DNA of 63,746 bases, filler included, from Patellaria atrata CBS 101060 (GCA_010093705.1; 31 parts of 31 records of this genome joined end to end with filler, not necessarily neighbours in it); one strand, 5' to 3'; positions 11,788-25,532 are shown, counted from the first letter of the whole stretch. Translations and numbers: made by a program. Notes: a model not told the origin generated them from the sequence alone.

Positions 11788-13555
11788 TTTAATTTTTTAT
11801 TTAATATAATTAATTATAAAAATAGATTTAATAAAATAATAAAATTTATATAATAAAGATATTTTAAATTATTAATATAATTTATTAACTTTTTTATTTT
11901 TAATAATATTTATAATAAAATAAGATATATTATATAAAAATAATATAATAAATAAAGTTAAATTTAAAATTATAATATTTAAATTTATAAATAAAATTAA
12001 TAATAAAAATAATTATAAAAAATTTAAATATATAAGAAAAAAATTATTTTTAAATATTTTTATCTTTTATAATTAATTTAATATCTTTAAATATTTTAAA
12101 TACTTTAAATATTCTAAATATTTATATTTATAATATTTATTATATTTATTATTATTTAAATATTTTAAATATTTTAAATATTTATATTTATAATATTTAT
12201 TATATTTATATTATATAATTTTTAATTATTAATTTTATTTATAATTTCTTTAAATAATATTTTTATTTTCTTTTTATTTATAAATTATATACTTTTATAA
12301 TTTATAATTATAATATTATTTTCTTCTTTCTTAACTTTTATTTTAAAAGTTTATTTCTTTTATTTAAATATAAAATAAATATATTATTTATTTATTAAAT
12401 TATATATACTTCTTTTTTTTTTCTTTTAAAATATTTTAAACTAAATTTTATATAATTTATTATTAATATTTTATAATCTAGATTATATTTTTTAATTAAT
12501 TAATATTTACTTTTTATTTTCTTTATTATTATTATTTTTATATTTATTATTTTAATTTTTATTTTAGTTTCTATTTTAAATATATTATTTATAATTTAAA
12601 ATATAATTTTATTATAATATAAAAGAATTAAAATAAAATAAATAGTTTAAAAATAAAGCTTTATATTTAATTTATTATTATAAAAAATATTAAAAAGATT
12701 ATTTATATTTAAATTTATTATTTATATTAATAATTATTTTTATTAAATTAAAAGAAAGAAAAAATAATTTATTATAAACTTAATTTTATTAAAAAATTTA
12801 AAATTTTAAAATAAAAAGTTAAAAAGTAATAAATTTCTTTAATTATCTTTTTTTTCTTTATTATTATATTTTCTTTTAATTAATTTAGTTTAAATTTCTT
12901 TAATTTTATAGATTTAAAAATTTTTAGTTTTAATAATAAAATTATTTAAGTTTTTAATTATAGTTTATTAAATATTTAAAGAATTTTTATATATTATTTA
13001 TATATTTATAATCTTTTTATTTTATTAAATATTTATATTAATTATCTATTTATTATAAATTTAAAAGTTATTTTATTTTATAAATATTTTCTTCTTTAAA
13101 TTCTATAAATTATATTTAGAGTTTAATATTAATATATATTAATTTTAAAAGTAATATATAAAAAACTAAATATATTTTTATTTCTTATAATAATTTTAAT
13201 TTATAATTAACTTTTTCTTTAATTTATTTAATTTTAAAGAATTTAATTTTTTTATAATTTTATTTTTTATTAGATTATTTTATTTTAAAATTTTTCTATA
13301 ATAAATAAACTTTATCTCTTTTTTTAAAAATTAGTTTTAACGATTTATATTAATTATTATATTTTATAATTTTTATTATTTAGAAAATTATATTTTATAA
13401 TAATTAATTATATAACTTTTTAATTTATTTAACTTTTAATATTATTTTTTATAAAATATTTTAAACTATTTTTAACTTATAATATACTTTTAATTTAAAA
13501 TTATAGTTTATATAAAAGGATAAAATCTTTATAATATTAAATTTCGCGTTATTAT
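11788..13555 (-). mobile_element. Gypsy family B 3' LTR, PPT and adjacent internal region, heavily mutated
   Basis: About 11788-12316 matches the family B LTR seen at about 34808-35328 and 53450-54075. It is followed by a pyrimidine tract (PPT on the minus strand) and internal sequence shared with about 54080-54238. Confidence 0.65.
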
Positions 13556-13840
13556 TGTGACAATGTAGTATAGCTGTAGTAATCGTATTTTGACTATCTC
13601 TATTACTAACTACTAAGTGTGGAGATTAAGTTAAGGAACAATAATATCGTGGGCCGAATGTCCGCATATAATAGTCCCGCCTTGCCAAGCCTCGGCCCGA
13701 CTATCTTCCGTTTAACCAATCAGCGCTTAGAGATCTTTTCTGCGTCCGACCCGGCAAAGATCTCTTGCAAATAAACCAAACACTCAGCATAGGAAATACG
13801 GGATCAGCATCGTGACACGTCGTCACATTACCCCCCCCCC
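13556..13840 (-). mobile_element. Gypsy family A 3' LTR (13556-13827, 272 bp, lightly mutated) with polypurine tract (13831-13840)
   Basis: Termini TGTGACAATG...CGTCGTCACA form an inverted repeat. The adjacent C10 tract reads G10-TAA-TGTGAC on the minus strand. The same LTR/PPT junction is present in mutated form at 14153-14175. Confidence 0.85.
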
Positions 13841-13952
13841 AATAGTAGAAATNNNNNNNNNNNNNNNNNNNNNNNNNNNNNNNNNNNNNNNNNNNNTTAA
13901 TTAATTAANNNNNNNNNNNNNNNNNNNNNNNNNNNNNNNNNNNNNNNNNNNN

Positions 13953-16320
13953 TATAAAAATTAAATTAAAAAATAATAATATTATAAATTAAATATTTAT
14001 ATATAATAATTTTATTTTATTAAATCTTAATTTAACTATTTTTTATTTAATTAATTAACGTTTAAAGATCTTTTTTATATTTAATTTAATAAAGATTTTT
14101 TATAAATAAATTAAATATTTAATATAAAAAATATAAAATTAATATTATAATATATTATTATATTATCTTCTTTTTAATAATAGAAATTAACCTTAATTTT
14201 TATAATAATATTAATAATATTTTATAATATAATTTATTATCTATTTATAATATTTTAAAATTTATATAAATTTCTTCTTTTTAATTATATTATTATTATT
14301 ATATAACTTTATTTTTATTTTAAATTTAAAGGTTTAAAGTTATTTTTTAAATTAAATTAATAATTTAATATTAATTAATCTTTAATTATAGAATTTCTTA
14401 AATTTATATAATATTTTAATAAAGTTATAAGTTAAATATTATATTTTATTAAAATTATATTTAATCTAATTTATTTTATATTATAACTTATTATAAAAGA
14501 TATAATTTATTAAAATCTTATTTATTTTATATTTAAATTTATTATTTATTTTAATTAATAATAATAATTTTAATTATTATCTAAATAATAAGTTTATTAA
14601 TATTTTATAAAATTTATTTATATAAAATATATTTATATAAAATATATTTAATATCTTTATATTAATAAATAAATTAATTATATAAAAATACTTTTTTATT
14701 TTTATTATTTTATATAAATCTATATTTTAATAATTTAGTTTAATATTTAATTTATCTAATATTTAATTTTTATATAAAATAAAAATATAATTTTTTAATT
14801 TAAAATTTAATTCTTTTTAATATTTATTAACTAATTTTATCTATATTATTTATATTTTTTCTAGATTATTCCTTATTTATTTAATAATATTATAGATATA
14901 TTTCGTGAATAATTAAATTTTCTCTTTATTTATCTTTTTTTAAATTATTTTATATATATTAAAATTTATTTACTTTTATTAATTAAAATATATTTATAAT
15001 TAATAATTAAATTTTAATTTATAAAGAGAAATATTTATTAATTTATAAATTAATATAATTTAAATAAAATTTATTATAAATAATAACTTTAATTAATTAT
15101 TTTAATAATAATTTATAAAAAGTTAAAACTATAAATTTATATATTAATTAATAATTTTTATATTTTTATTTATTTATAAATAATAAATTATAGATAATTT
15201 TTATTTTATTTTTATTAATTTATAAAATTTATTTATAAATATAAAAATAAATTATAAATTATAATTTAATATTACTATTTTTAATATACTATATATTTAT
15301 TATATATATTTATAGTATAGCTTTATAATTATTTTAATTAAGATATTTTTAATATAAAGAAATAAAATTATTTTCTTTTTTAATTAATTTATTATTATAA
15401 ATATTATTTTAAATTTATATATATCTTTAAAGAATAATTTAAAGTTAAAAATAATATATTATTAATATTTATCTTTAATTAATAATAATTTTAATAAACT
15501 AGAGATTTTATCTTTTAATATATATATTTAATAATAAATATAATAATTCTAAATATATTTATTTATATTAATTATTAATTTAAATTAATAATATTATATT
15601 TAAATTAATTCTTTTATCTTTTTAATTTCTAGATATTCTATAATTAATATATTATATATATCTTATATTAAATATATTTTAAAGTTATTTATATTTAAAA
15701 TTATAAATCTATTAAATTTAATAAATAAATTATTTTATAATTTTTAATATTTCTTTTTAATTTTAATTTACTTTTAATATATTAATAAAAAGTTATATTT
15801 CTAGTTTATTTCTAATATTTAATTTATTAGTAAATATATTACTAATAACTTTTATTTTCAATTAAATTTATTTTAAATATATTATTTTAAATTTATAAAT
15901 ATATTTTCTTTTTCTTTATTTTATATTTAACTTTCTTTTCTTTTTTAATTATAATAAAAATTATAAAATAGATAAATATAAACTTTAATTTAAAGTTAAA
16001 ATTAATATATTTCTTTAATATATTATTTCTTTTTTTTAAGATTTTAATTATTATAAATTTTAAATTTTAAATTTTAGTTTTTTCTATTTTTTATAAAGAT
16101 TTAACTATTATTATCTTAATTATTATTATTTAAATTTTAAACTTTAACTTTAAAGTATATTTTTCTATTATCTTTTCTTTAAAAATTATATATTTCTTAT
16201 TATTTTAAAATATCTTTTTAAATAATAATTATTATTTTATTAAAAGTTAAAAAGATATTATTATTATATTTAAATTAATTAATATTTAAGTTTATATTAT
16301 AATATTTTTATCTTTTATTA
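13953..16320 (-). mobile_element. Gypsy family A 3' LTR, PPT and integrase/chromodomain region, heavily mutated
   Basis: The reverse complement of about 14244-14450 aligns base by base with about 49810-50018, almost entirely by transitions. 13953-14162 is LTR A. Confidence 0.88.
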
Positions 16321-16656
16321 NNNNNNNNNNNNNNNNNNNNNNNNNNNNNNNNNNNNNNNNNNNNTTAATTAATTAANNNNNNNNNNNNNNNNNNNNNNNN
16401 NNNNNNNNNNNNNNNNNNNNGACCGATAAAGAGTATCAGAGGTCGAATCGATGGTATACGATTGTACCTTCTGTTGTTTATCAACTATTAGATCACAGTT
16501 TAACGTGCTAGTACTAGTCTATTAGTTCTAATACTGGGGAGAATTTAAGTATACAGAGCTTGTTTTCTTCAGCGAAATCCTTATTGTTATCGTCAAGTCT
16601 ATATTCTGGCTCTCTCAGGGAATCAAATAGTATTTCTGCTATTCATGACTATGTTA

Positions 16657-18681
16657 CTACACATAGGCACTCTCTCTACCATCCAGCGCACTCTGGCAGG
16701 CCCTGTCTAGTTCGCTAATGCCATCGAAAACCGCTCTCACATTATCATCCCTTATCAGCTTCTCATTTCGATCTCCACACCCGTCATTTCGTCCCCCTAG
16801 TTTGTCTGAATGCCATTTCAGCTTCTCTGCCCTCAAGCAAGCTCTTAGATTCCTCAGTCTATCGGTACCAGCTGCGCTTAATCTGGAGATTCGCAGCTGG
16901 GAAGACGACGGATCAAGCCTGCTGAAGACAGGTTCGATGCTGAAAGCTTTCATGAAGAAGATCCAGACGTTGGCAATCATGATCAGATGGTCTGAGAGGT
17001 CCATAGGTGGGCCTACAATGTGCTCTGTAACACGACTTGGCTCGAGCAGATCTTCCGGTTGCAAGGAAGCTGTAGGATACGGTAACTCGGAGACCTTCTC
17101 TCCTAGATTTTTCCACGCCTTGGTATAGGCTTCGAACGCCTGTATCCAATCGACGTCGTCATTCCAGTGTTGGCGGCTTCCTTTGAAGGTAGCGAAGTGA
17201 GACGTTTGTCCTCTTCTTTTCTGAGCGCTACCGCCCCAAGTACCCCTGAACCAATGGCCAGAGTCATTTCCATCACTGTCGTCAAAGACCTCATAATCAG
17301 TAAAGGTCCCTTGGCCGAAGAATCCGTCGTCAGAGAAATCGGACATCGGTGTTTCCATCTCGAAATGATACCTCTTCTCTTCACACCATCTCGTCTTTTC
17401 TCTGTAGAACTCAGCTCTCTCCTTTTCCAAAGCCTCCGCTCGATCCTCCAGCGCTCGTTTCTCTCTTTCAAAAGCAGCCTTCTTCTCTTCAAACCGCAAC
17501 CGAGCGGCACAGAGCTCATCCCGCTCTCTTGAATTCCGCGCCTTCTGCGCCTGCACCTGCTCCTCGAGGCCACCCCCCTGCCAACCATTTCGCCCTGCTC
17601 CCCCGCTTCCCTGCTCTTCCTGTGCGGACGTTCTCGGGTCCTCGCTAAACCCCCGATATCTACGCTCACCTCCCACATCCTCTGGCCCACCACTCCCCCG
17701 TCCCTCGCCGGAGAAACTACCACCACTAAACAAGTTCCTCAAGGTCTCCCGAAACGGCCTCACGTACCGCACCCCCGACCCCATCTCCTCGGTCCTCTGC
17801 CGCTTCGCGAACCGCAACGTCGGCGTCAGCCTCCCGAAGAAACCTCCTTGACTCTGCGGCGTGGAATCTCGTGGTTCTGACACTCTGGGGATTCCGTTCG
17901 CTCGAAAAGGCTGCGTGGGACTTGTACCTCTGGCCTGACTTCGCCAGTACAGCGAGCTGGATCGTGTCGGATATGACGGGTACCTCTCGTCTTGCCGATC
18001 CCGCGGCGGTCCGGACGTAAAGGAAGACTCTGTGGGGCGAGAGTGGGATACCGGGTCTCTGCCTCCCGCTGCTTCGGGATAGTATGGCTGGTATCCAACC
18101 CCCCCGCTTCGATCGCTGCTGTAGTATCCTCCCATGGTCTCTCTCTCCGCTCCACCCCGTACCTCCAACCCCCGGCCATCGAAATAACACCCACCCGGTC
18201 TACCGTATCCCCCACCTCCGCCTCCAAACCTCCTTCCCCATCCCAGCCTATCTTCAAACAGACCTCCACCCGCGAGATTCCCCCAGGTTGTGTTCATCCT
18301 CTCCTCTCCACCACCAGCACCCCTCATGCCGAACCCGAACCCGCGATCCACGTACCCGCGCCCCCACATCGCCTCTCCGACCTCGTCTCCCGTACCTAAC
18401 TCCCGGCCTAGCTTTCTCCACCTCCCGGAATCGCTTTTCCCGTATCTGGGAACGTACTTCCACTCCCCGTAGTCAGGTCCGTAGCTATGCGCGTCACGCG
18501 TATAGAGCTGGTACGCGCTCGAGTCCGTGAAGGCTCTTGGTGGGAGATGTGGACGGGGGTTCCTTTGGTACGTGAAGTGGGAGAAGGGGTCGGGTGGGTA
18601 TGTCGATGAGGAGGACGTGTACGTGGAGGAGGGGTGACCGTGGAGGATGGGGTAGGGGTGGGAAAAGGAGTAGGTTGTCAT
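16657..18681 (-). CDS. 674-aa hypothetical protein: G/R/S/Y-rich disordered N-terminus, coiled coil, helical C-terminal domain with J-domain-like WHSDK motif
   Basis: Long uninterrupted ORF with an E/K/R coiled-coil stretch (ARLRFEEKKAAFEREKRALEDRAEALEKER) and a C-terminal LRAEKLKWHSDKLG...VRAVFDGISEL. Confidence 0.8.
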   Translation of the reverse strand: MTTYSFSHPYPILHGHPSSTYTSSSSTYPPDPFSHFTYQRNPRPHLPPRAFTDSSAYQLYTRDAHSYGPDYGEWKYVPRYGKSDSGRWRKLGRELGTGDEVGEAMWGRGYVDRGFGFGMRGAGGGEERMNTTWGNLAGGGLFEDRLGWGRRFGGGGGGYGRPGGCYFDGRGLEVRGGAERETMGGYYSSDRSGGVGYQPYYPEAAGGRDPVSHSRPTESSFTSGPPRDRQDERYPSYPTRSSSLYWRSQARGTSPTQPFRANGIPRVSEPRDSTPQSQGGFFGRLTPTLRFAKRQRTEEMGSGVRYVRPFRETLRNLFSGGSFSGEGRGSGGPEDVGGERRYRGFSEDPRTSAQEEQGSGGAGRNGWQGGGLEEQVQAQKARNSRERDELCAARLRFEEKKAAFEREKRALEDRAEALEKERAEFYREKTRWCEEKRYHFEMETPMSDFSDDGFFGQGTFTDYEVFDDSDGNDSGHWFRGTWGGSAQKRRGQTSHFATFKGSRQHWNDDVDWIQAFEAYTKAWKNLGEKVSELPYPTASLQPEDLLEPSRVTEHIVGPPMDLSDHLIMIANVWIFFMKAFSIEPVFSRLDPSSSQLRISRLSAAGTDRLRNLRACLRAEKLKWHSDKLGGRNDGCGDRNEKLIRDDNVRAVFDGISELDRACQSALDGRESAYV

Positions 18682-21168
18682 TTTACCTTTCTACCTTGTG
18701 AGGTGAGAGACGTTGGAGAAAGGNNNNNNNNNNNNNNNNNNNNNNNNNNNNNNNNNNNNNNNNNNNNTTAATTAATTAANNNNNNNNNNNNNNNNNNNNN
18801 NNNNNNNNNNNNNNNNNNNNNNNTTACAATTGACGCGACGACTACGGATGGTCGGAAAGCTATCGTTAGAGGATTGGGTATTGGACCACAACCTCAACTA
18901 GAACGTAGCAAAAAAAGCCGGCCAGCGGTATCGTTAGGTGACGACGTATGGTATGCTTTGGTAGCGAGTGCAGTTTCGACGCTGTGATGCAGTGGTGCAG
19001 TAATGCAGTAAAGTGGACTTTTTTTTTTTTTTGTATTTCGTCCGTAGTTCTAAAAGGTAGTGGAAACAAGGGAAAAGAAGAATTTTTTACAAGAAGAATA
19101 TTTAAAAGTGTGGGCGGTGCAAAGGTGGGCGTGACCGTTATGTGCACAACTGTATCTGGAGTCCACTGTCCACAATAGTACAGTATCTTGGGATTTACCT
19201 TAAGGTACCGTACTGTATGCCTTTCGGGCTTTGCTGTGTGCGTGCGTTTGTGTGTTTCAACGATATACAGTTTTTGAACGGTACTGTATGGGAAGATCTC
19301 TCGTTATGACCCACACGAAGCCCACTTATGATGGAAGCTAGGATCTTCTTTTCGTTTGCTTGGTTCCTGAGGAAAGACAGGCTCGGGGTTGCGGGTAGCT
19401 CGAAAAATGTAACTTGAACTATGGGTATTTTGTCCACTGTTGTGGGAACGTGATTGATTATCGGCTTCCTCTGATAGAAACTAGAAATCAAACGACTTCC
19501 AGCTTTCAACTTTCTCTCTCTCTCCTTTTTCACCAGCACCGCACAACGACCTTCAACGACGGAGGAGCAGCAGAAGAGGGGGTGAAAAGAGACGGAAAAG
19601 AGGGAAAAAGGTGAATGATTAGAAGAAAAAGGTCGAAGAGAAGTTGACGACGACGTCCGAGACGAGACGCCGAGCTCTGACGCTTTGGCTTTTCTGGCGC
19701 ACTGATGCAGCCAGTTCTTCCAAAAGAATCCCAGTCGGTCAAGCCAGTATTCTCACTAGTAAAGAGATTCCCTGTCCACTTTTCCTAGAATCCAAGTGAA
19801 TCCCTAGCACTGACCAGTCTTCCCTCGTACTGACCAGTCTTCCCTAGCACTTCCCAGCACTTCCTAGCATTTCCAGCACTTTGTCCTTTCTTTCCCTTGT
19901 GCCCCGAATGTGCCCACACTATTACCGACTTGGCATATGATTCTACTATTTGTATGCGTCCAAGGACACTTCTCTACCGTAATTGGTCGTCATCTTCATT
20001 GATATGCAATATCCTGCACACCTCTTGATGCTATGATGGAAGTCATGGAACACTTGGGATACGTGGGCATGCAGTAGGCCACCTAATATGATCACTTAGG
20101 GAGTCAGGGGCCCTAGAGAACTTCTTTGGTTGCGAAATCAAAGTAACAGTCGCAACGTGCAGTTGGTGGAGAACCAGCCCATCTGAGGAAATGTCTATAA
20201 AACACAATGTACACCAAACACTGCATTCTCTCCTCCATTTGAATCTGCGTACATATGACGAGACCAATATGAACATTGCGTGTGAGAACACGTAAATGCA
20301 TCTTTAAGCCTCCTTGTCTGTGTGGCTGTCTCAACGTTTTTTTGGGATTCTTTTTCTTTTTTTTTTCTTGAAGGAACGCATATATTCCTCTTTCGATCAT
20401 AACTCGGCTTTGAAAGACACATCACGCCGCGTGATAACTTGTGCGTTGGACGAATATTCTGGACAAGACACTTGAGATCAGATATTTGACCGATCAATCA
20501 TTTAATTCTCCCATTCTTTCACCTTCTTGTTCTGACGATACTTGACACCGGCCGGTCACCCTTCGTACTCGCTTTCCTCTCGTCCATCATCCATGACGGG
20601 CCGTTACCGCTCCAGAGGGCGCGTACGCATTTACGGTAGAACTTAGCTAGACATGATAGGCCGCACGATGATACAATCTCCCGTCAGCTGCTATTAATTT
20701 GTAGACTTACCACGACTACCCCCCTCAACCGTTCATGGAACCTGGTGCTTCAAATTGTGAAAGATCGCATCTATATCTTCTCTCGGGCATACTGCTTCGG
20801 TTACTTCGTGGGAAGGTGATCAGCTTCCCGCGATAATATCGTTGCCGTTTCACAATCGACATTCGTCATCATACACTGAGCCAATCTAATCTAACCAGTC
20901 TACATTCAAAGGACGGCTCTGATCGGTTCCGTCCGCTGACTATCGGTTGAACTGTACCTTACTGTACGATAGGTACATGTACCTAGAAACTTAGCTTGTA
21001 TTGATACAAGGGGACATGTCGAGTTTCAGGGTTGTCTGTTGATTTTATCGTAATAATATTTACAGAAANNNNNNNNNNNNNNNNNNNNNNNNNNNNNNNN
21101 NNNNNNNNNNNNTTAATTAATTAANNNNNNNNNNNNNNNNNNNNNNNNNNNNNNNNNNNNNNNNNNNN

Positions 21169-21313
21169 AAAAGAGTGAGCTAATGTTATAGTTTTGGTGA
21201 TACTTAACCGATAAGTCGGAGCTGAGCATTTAGCTCTGAAGATCTCCAACACGAACTCCTGGAGATCCTGACGATCTTCCAATATAAGGCTATCGGGGAT
21301 CAGCCATCTGACA
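21169..21313 (-). mobile_element. Copia LTR 5' portion, essentially unmutated
   Basis: The reverse complement matches 50019-50163 except for two G/A differences and begins TGTCAGA. Confidence 0.9.
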
Positions 21314-23246
21314 CTTTAGCCGTTTAATATAAGCTACTACTCCCCTTTAAAGATTATATATAGTTATGAGATTTAAAAGTTTATCTATTATAAAGTTTAT
21401 TATATTAATAAAAAAGATTTTCTAGTAATATATATTAAAATATAATTATTTATCTTTATAAATTAAAATATTAGAAATAAATTTTTTACTATAAATTTAA
21501 TATTATATAATTTTAAATATATTATATTATTATTTCTAATTATAAAAACTTTAATTTTATTAGATATAATTAATAGAAAAGTATTTTAATAGATTTTAAA
21601 AATATTATATATTATTATTTAATTAAAGTAATAGATAAAGTTTATATAAAATATTTTTTAATATTAATTATAAAGTTTTATTAATTAAATAATTAATTAA
21701 TTTATTAAAAAATACTAAATAATAATATATTTTACTATTATATTTATAAAGAAGAATTTAAAGCTTTATATAAAAAATTAATATTAAAAATAAAAGTAAT
21801 AATATTATTAAAAATATATTATATATAAAGAGATTTTATAGATTTAATAAATTTAACTTATAATTAAAAAATTAAAAAATATAAAATAAAAGATTAATTA
21901 AAATTAAATTAATTAAATATAATAATAAATAATATTAATATATTTTAACTATTATATTTAAAGTTATATAAAGTATTAATATATTAGTATTTTAAATAAC
22001 TTTTAAATATAATTTTATTTAAATATATTTTATTATAATAAAATAATTATATAAAAATATTAATTAATTTTAATAAAATATTTTATTAAATAATATATTC
22101 TATTAATTAATAAAATATATTAAATAATAAAATAAAATAATTAAAATAAAAATAAAAATTATATAATATAATTATTATAATAAATATTTTAGTTATAATA
22201 ATATTATTATTAATAAAAAATAATAAATTAAAAAGTTATTTATATAATAATAAAAAAAATATATTTATATATATATATTAAAATTTATAAATTAATATTA
22301 ATATAAAATATTATTAAATATTATAAAATTTTTTAATAATTATTATTTTTATTATAATATAAAATATTTTAATAATAATAAAATAATAAAATTTAATAAA
22401 AAAATTAAATAAAGTTTTTATTTTAAATTTATAAAAAAAGTTAATTTTAAAGTTTATAATATATTATTATTATATATAATATATATTTATAAAAGTTTTA
22501 ATAAAAATATAATTAAATTTTTATTTAAATTATTTATTAATTTAATTATTAAAAATTTATTATAATTAAAAAATAAATAATTATTTAATATATTTTTAAT
22601 TTTAATTTATAAAAATTTATATTTTAATTATATAAAATAATAAATATAATAGATAAACTATTAAATATATAAAATAAAAAGTAAATAAATAAAAATTAAT
22701 TTAAAAAATTTATAATATTATTATAATAAAAGTTTATTTTATTAAAATAAAATTAGATAAATTTAAAAATATATTTAATATAATAATATTATTATAATTA
22801 TAAAATAGAAAGATAATATTATTAATAAAATAAAAGTATAAAATATTAAAATAAATTAATTAATATAAAGATTATATAATAAAATTAATAATTAAAGTAC
22901 TTAAAAATATTAAATATTAAATAATAAAAATAATATTAAATTAATTATAAAAAATAAAAATATTTAAAGATAATTTTTTTTCTATATATTTAAATTTTAT
23001 ATAATTATTTTTACTATTAATTTTATTTATAAATTTAAATATTATAGTTTTAAATTTAACTTTATTTATTATATTATTTTTATATAATATATCTTATTTT
23101 ATTATAAATATTATTTAAAGTTAAAAAGTTAATAAATTATATTATTAATTTAAAATATTTTTATTATATATATTCTATTATTTTATTAAATTTATTTTAA
23201 TAATTAATTATATTAAATAAAAAGTTAAATATATTTTTAAATTTAT
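21314..23246. mobile_element. Hypermutated AT-rich transposon relic, with family B LTR pieces at about 22720-22780 and 22940-23246
   Basis: Nearly free of C and G. The right part matches the family B LTR. The left part is not assigned. Confidence 0.6.
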
Positions 23247-23346
23247 NNNNNNNNNNNNNNNNNNNNNNNNNNNNNNNNNNNNNNNNNNNNTTAATTAATT
23301 AANNNNNNNNNNNNNNNNNNNNNNNNNNNNNNNNNNNNNNNNNNNN

Positions 23347-25432
23347 TAAAAATAAATTATAAATTATAATTTAATATTATTATCTTTAATATATTATATA
23401 TTTATTATATATATTTATAATATAACTTTATAATTATTTTATTTAAAATATCTTTAATATAAAAAAGTAAAATTATTTTCTTTTCTAATTAATTTATTAT
23501 TATAAATATTATTTTAAATTTATATATATTTTTTAGAAATAATTTAAAATTAAAAATAATATATTATTAATATTTATTTTTAATTAATAATAATTTTAGT
23601 AAATTAAAGATTTTATCTTTTAATATATATATTTAATAATAAATATAATAGTTTTAAATATATTTATTTATATTAATTATTAATTTAAATTAATAATATT
23701 ATATTTAAATTAGTTTTTTTATTTTCTTAATTTCTAGATATTCTATAATTAATATATTATATATATTTTATATTAAATATATTTTAAAATTATTTATATT
23801 TAAGATTATAAATTTATTAAATTTAATAAATAAATTATTTTATAATTTTTAATATTTTTCTTTAATTTTAACTTATTTTTAATATATTAATAAAAAGTTA
23901 TATTTTTAATTTACTTTTAATATTTAATTTATTAATAAATATATTATTAATAATTTTTATTTTTAATTAAATTTATTTTAAATATATTATTTTAAATTTA
24001 TAAATATATTTTCTCTTTTTTTTATTTTATATTTAACTTTCTTTTCTTTTTTAATTATAATAAAAATTATAAAATAAATAAATATAGACTTTAATTTAAA
24101 ATTAAAGTTAATATATTTTTTTTATATATTATTTCTTTTTTTTAAGATTTTAATTATTATAAACTTTTAATTTTAAGTTTTAACTCTCTTTATTTTTTAT
24201 AAAAATTTAATTATTATTATCTCGATTATTATTATTTAAACTCTAGATTTTAACTTTAAAATATACTTTTTTATTATCTTTTTTTTAAAGATTATATATT
24301 TCTTATTATTTTAAGATATTTTCTTAAATAATAATTATTATTTTATTAAAAGTTAATAATATAATAATATATTATAATACTAATTTTATATTTTCTATAT
24401 TAAATATTTAATTTATTTATAAAATATTTTTATTAAATTAAATATAAAAAAGATCTTTAAATATTAATTAATTAAATAAAAGATAATTAAATTAAAACTT
24501 AATAAAATAAAACTATTATATATAAATATTTAATTTATAATATTATTATTTTTTAATTTAATTTCTATATTTAATAGTTAATAATAAAGATAATTAAAAT
24601 ATAATTATTATAATTATATTATATTATTATAATTATAATTTAAAAAAATTAATTATATTTAATTAAACTTTTTTTTTTTAAATATTTCTTTATTTTTTTA
24701 ATAAGTTTATATATTATATTTAATTTTTTTATATTTTTTATAATATTATAAATATAATAATTCTTTCTTTATTAAATTTTTTTTCTTTAACTTTCTATTT
24801 AATTATTATTTAATAATCTTTTTTTAAATAATTAATTTTTATATATTTTATATATTAAATATTTTTTTTATTTATATATATATTTTTTTAGTTTATTATT
24901 ATTTTATAAATATTTTATTAACTTTTTAAAATATTTAAATATTATTATATATAAATATTATTTTATAAATAATAAATTTTATACTTTTTACTAATTATTT
25001 AATAGTTAAGAAATTAATATTTAAAAAATTTTCTTAATATTAAACTATTTAATCTTTAATATATTTAGATTATAAAATAGCTTTTTTAAAATTATTTAAT
25101 ATTTAAAAGATTTATAAATTAATAATAAAAAGAAAAGATTTAATTAATATTAATATTTATAACTTTATATTAAACTTTAAAATAATAGTTTAAAAGTTAT
25201 AAAAGATTAAATTAATATTAAAAAAACTTATTTAAATATTTTTAATTATTATAATATTAATATAAACGTTTTTAAATATAATAAAAAACTTAATTTTAAT
25301 AATATAATTAATATAAACTTTAATAAAAATTTTAAATTCTTAATTATATATTTATTTTAATATATTAAAATATTTAATATTTAAAGATTAAATAAAATAT
25401 AAAGAATATATAAATAAATAAATAATAATAAT
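23347..25432. mobile_element. Gypsy family A internal region (minus) interrupted by an oppositely oriented family A LTR at 24360-24631
   Basis: 23347-24355 is collinear with about 15242-16250. The match breaks where the LTR A copy starts (TATAATAATATATTATAATAC, from TGTGACGACGTGTCACGATGC). Confidence 0.8.
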
Positions 25433-25532
25433 NNNNNNNNNNNNNNNNNNNNNNNNNNNNNNNNNNNNNNNNNNNNTTAATTAATTAANNNNNNNNNNNN
25501 NNNNNNNNNNNNNNNNNNNNNNNNNNNNNNNN

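Noticed and set aside
18824..21068. Short ORFs and a small duplication (ACTGACCAGTCTTCCCT x2 near 19810-19845)
   Set aside because: No recognisable domain or consistent spliced frame. Treated as intergenic or UTR sequence.
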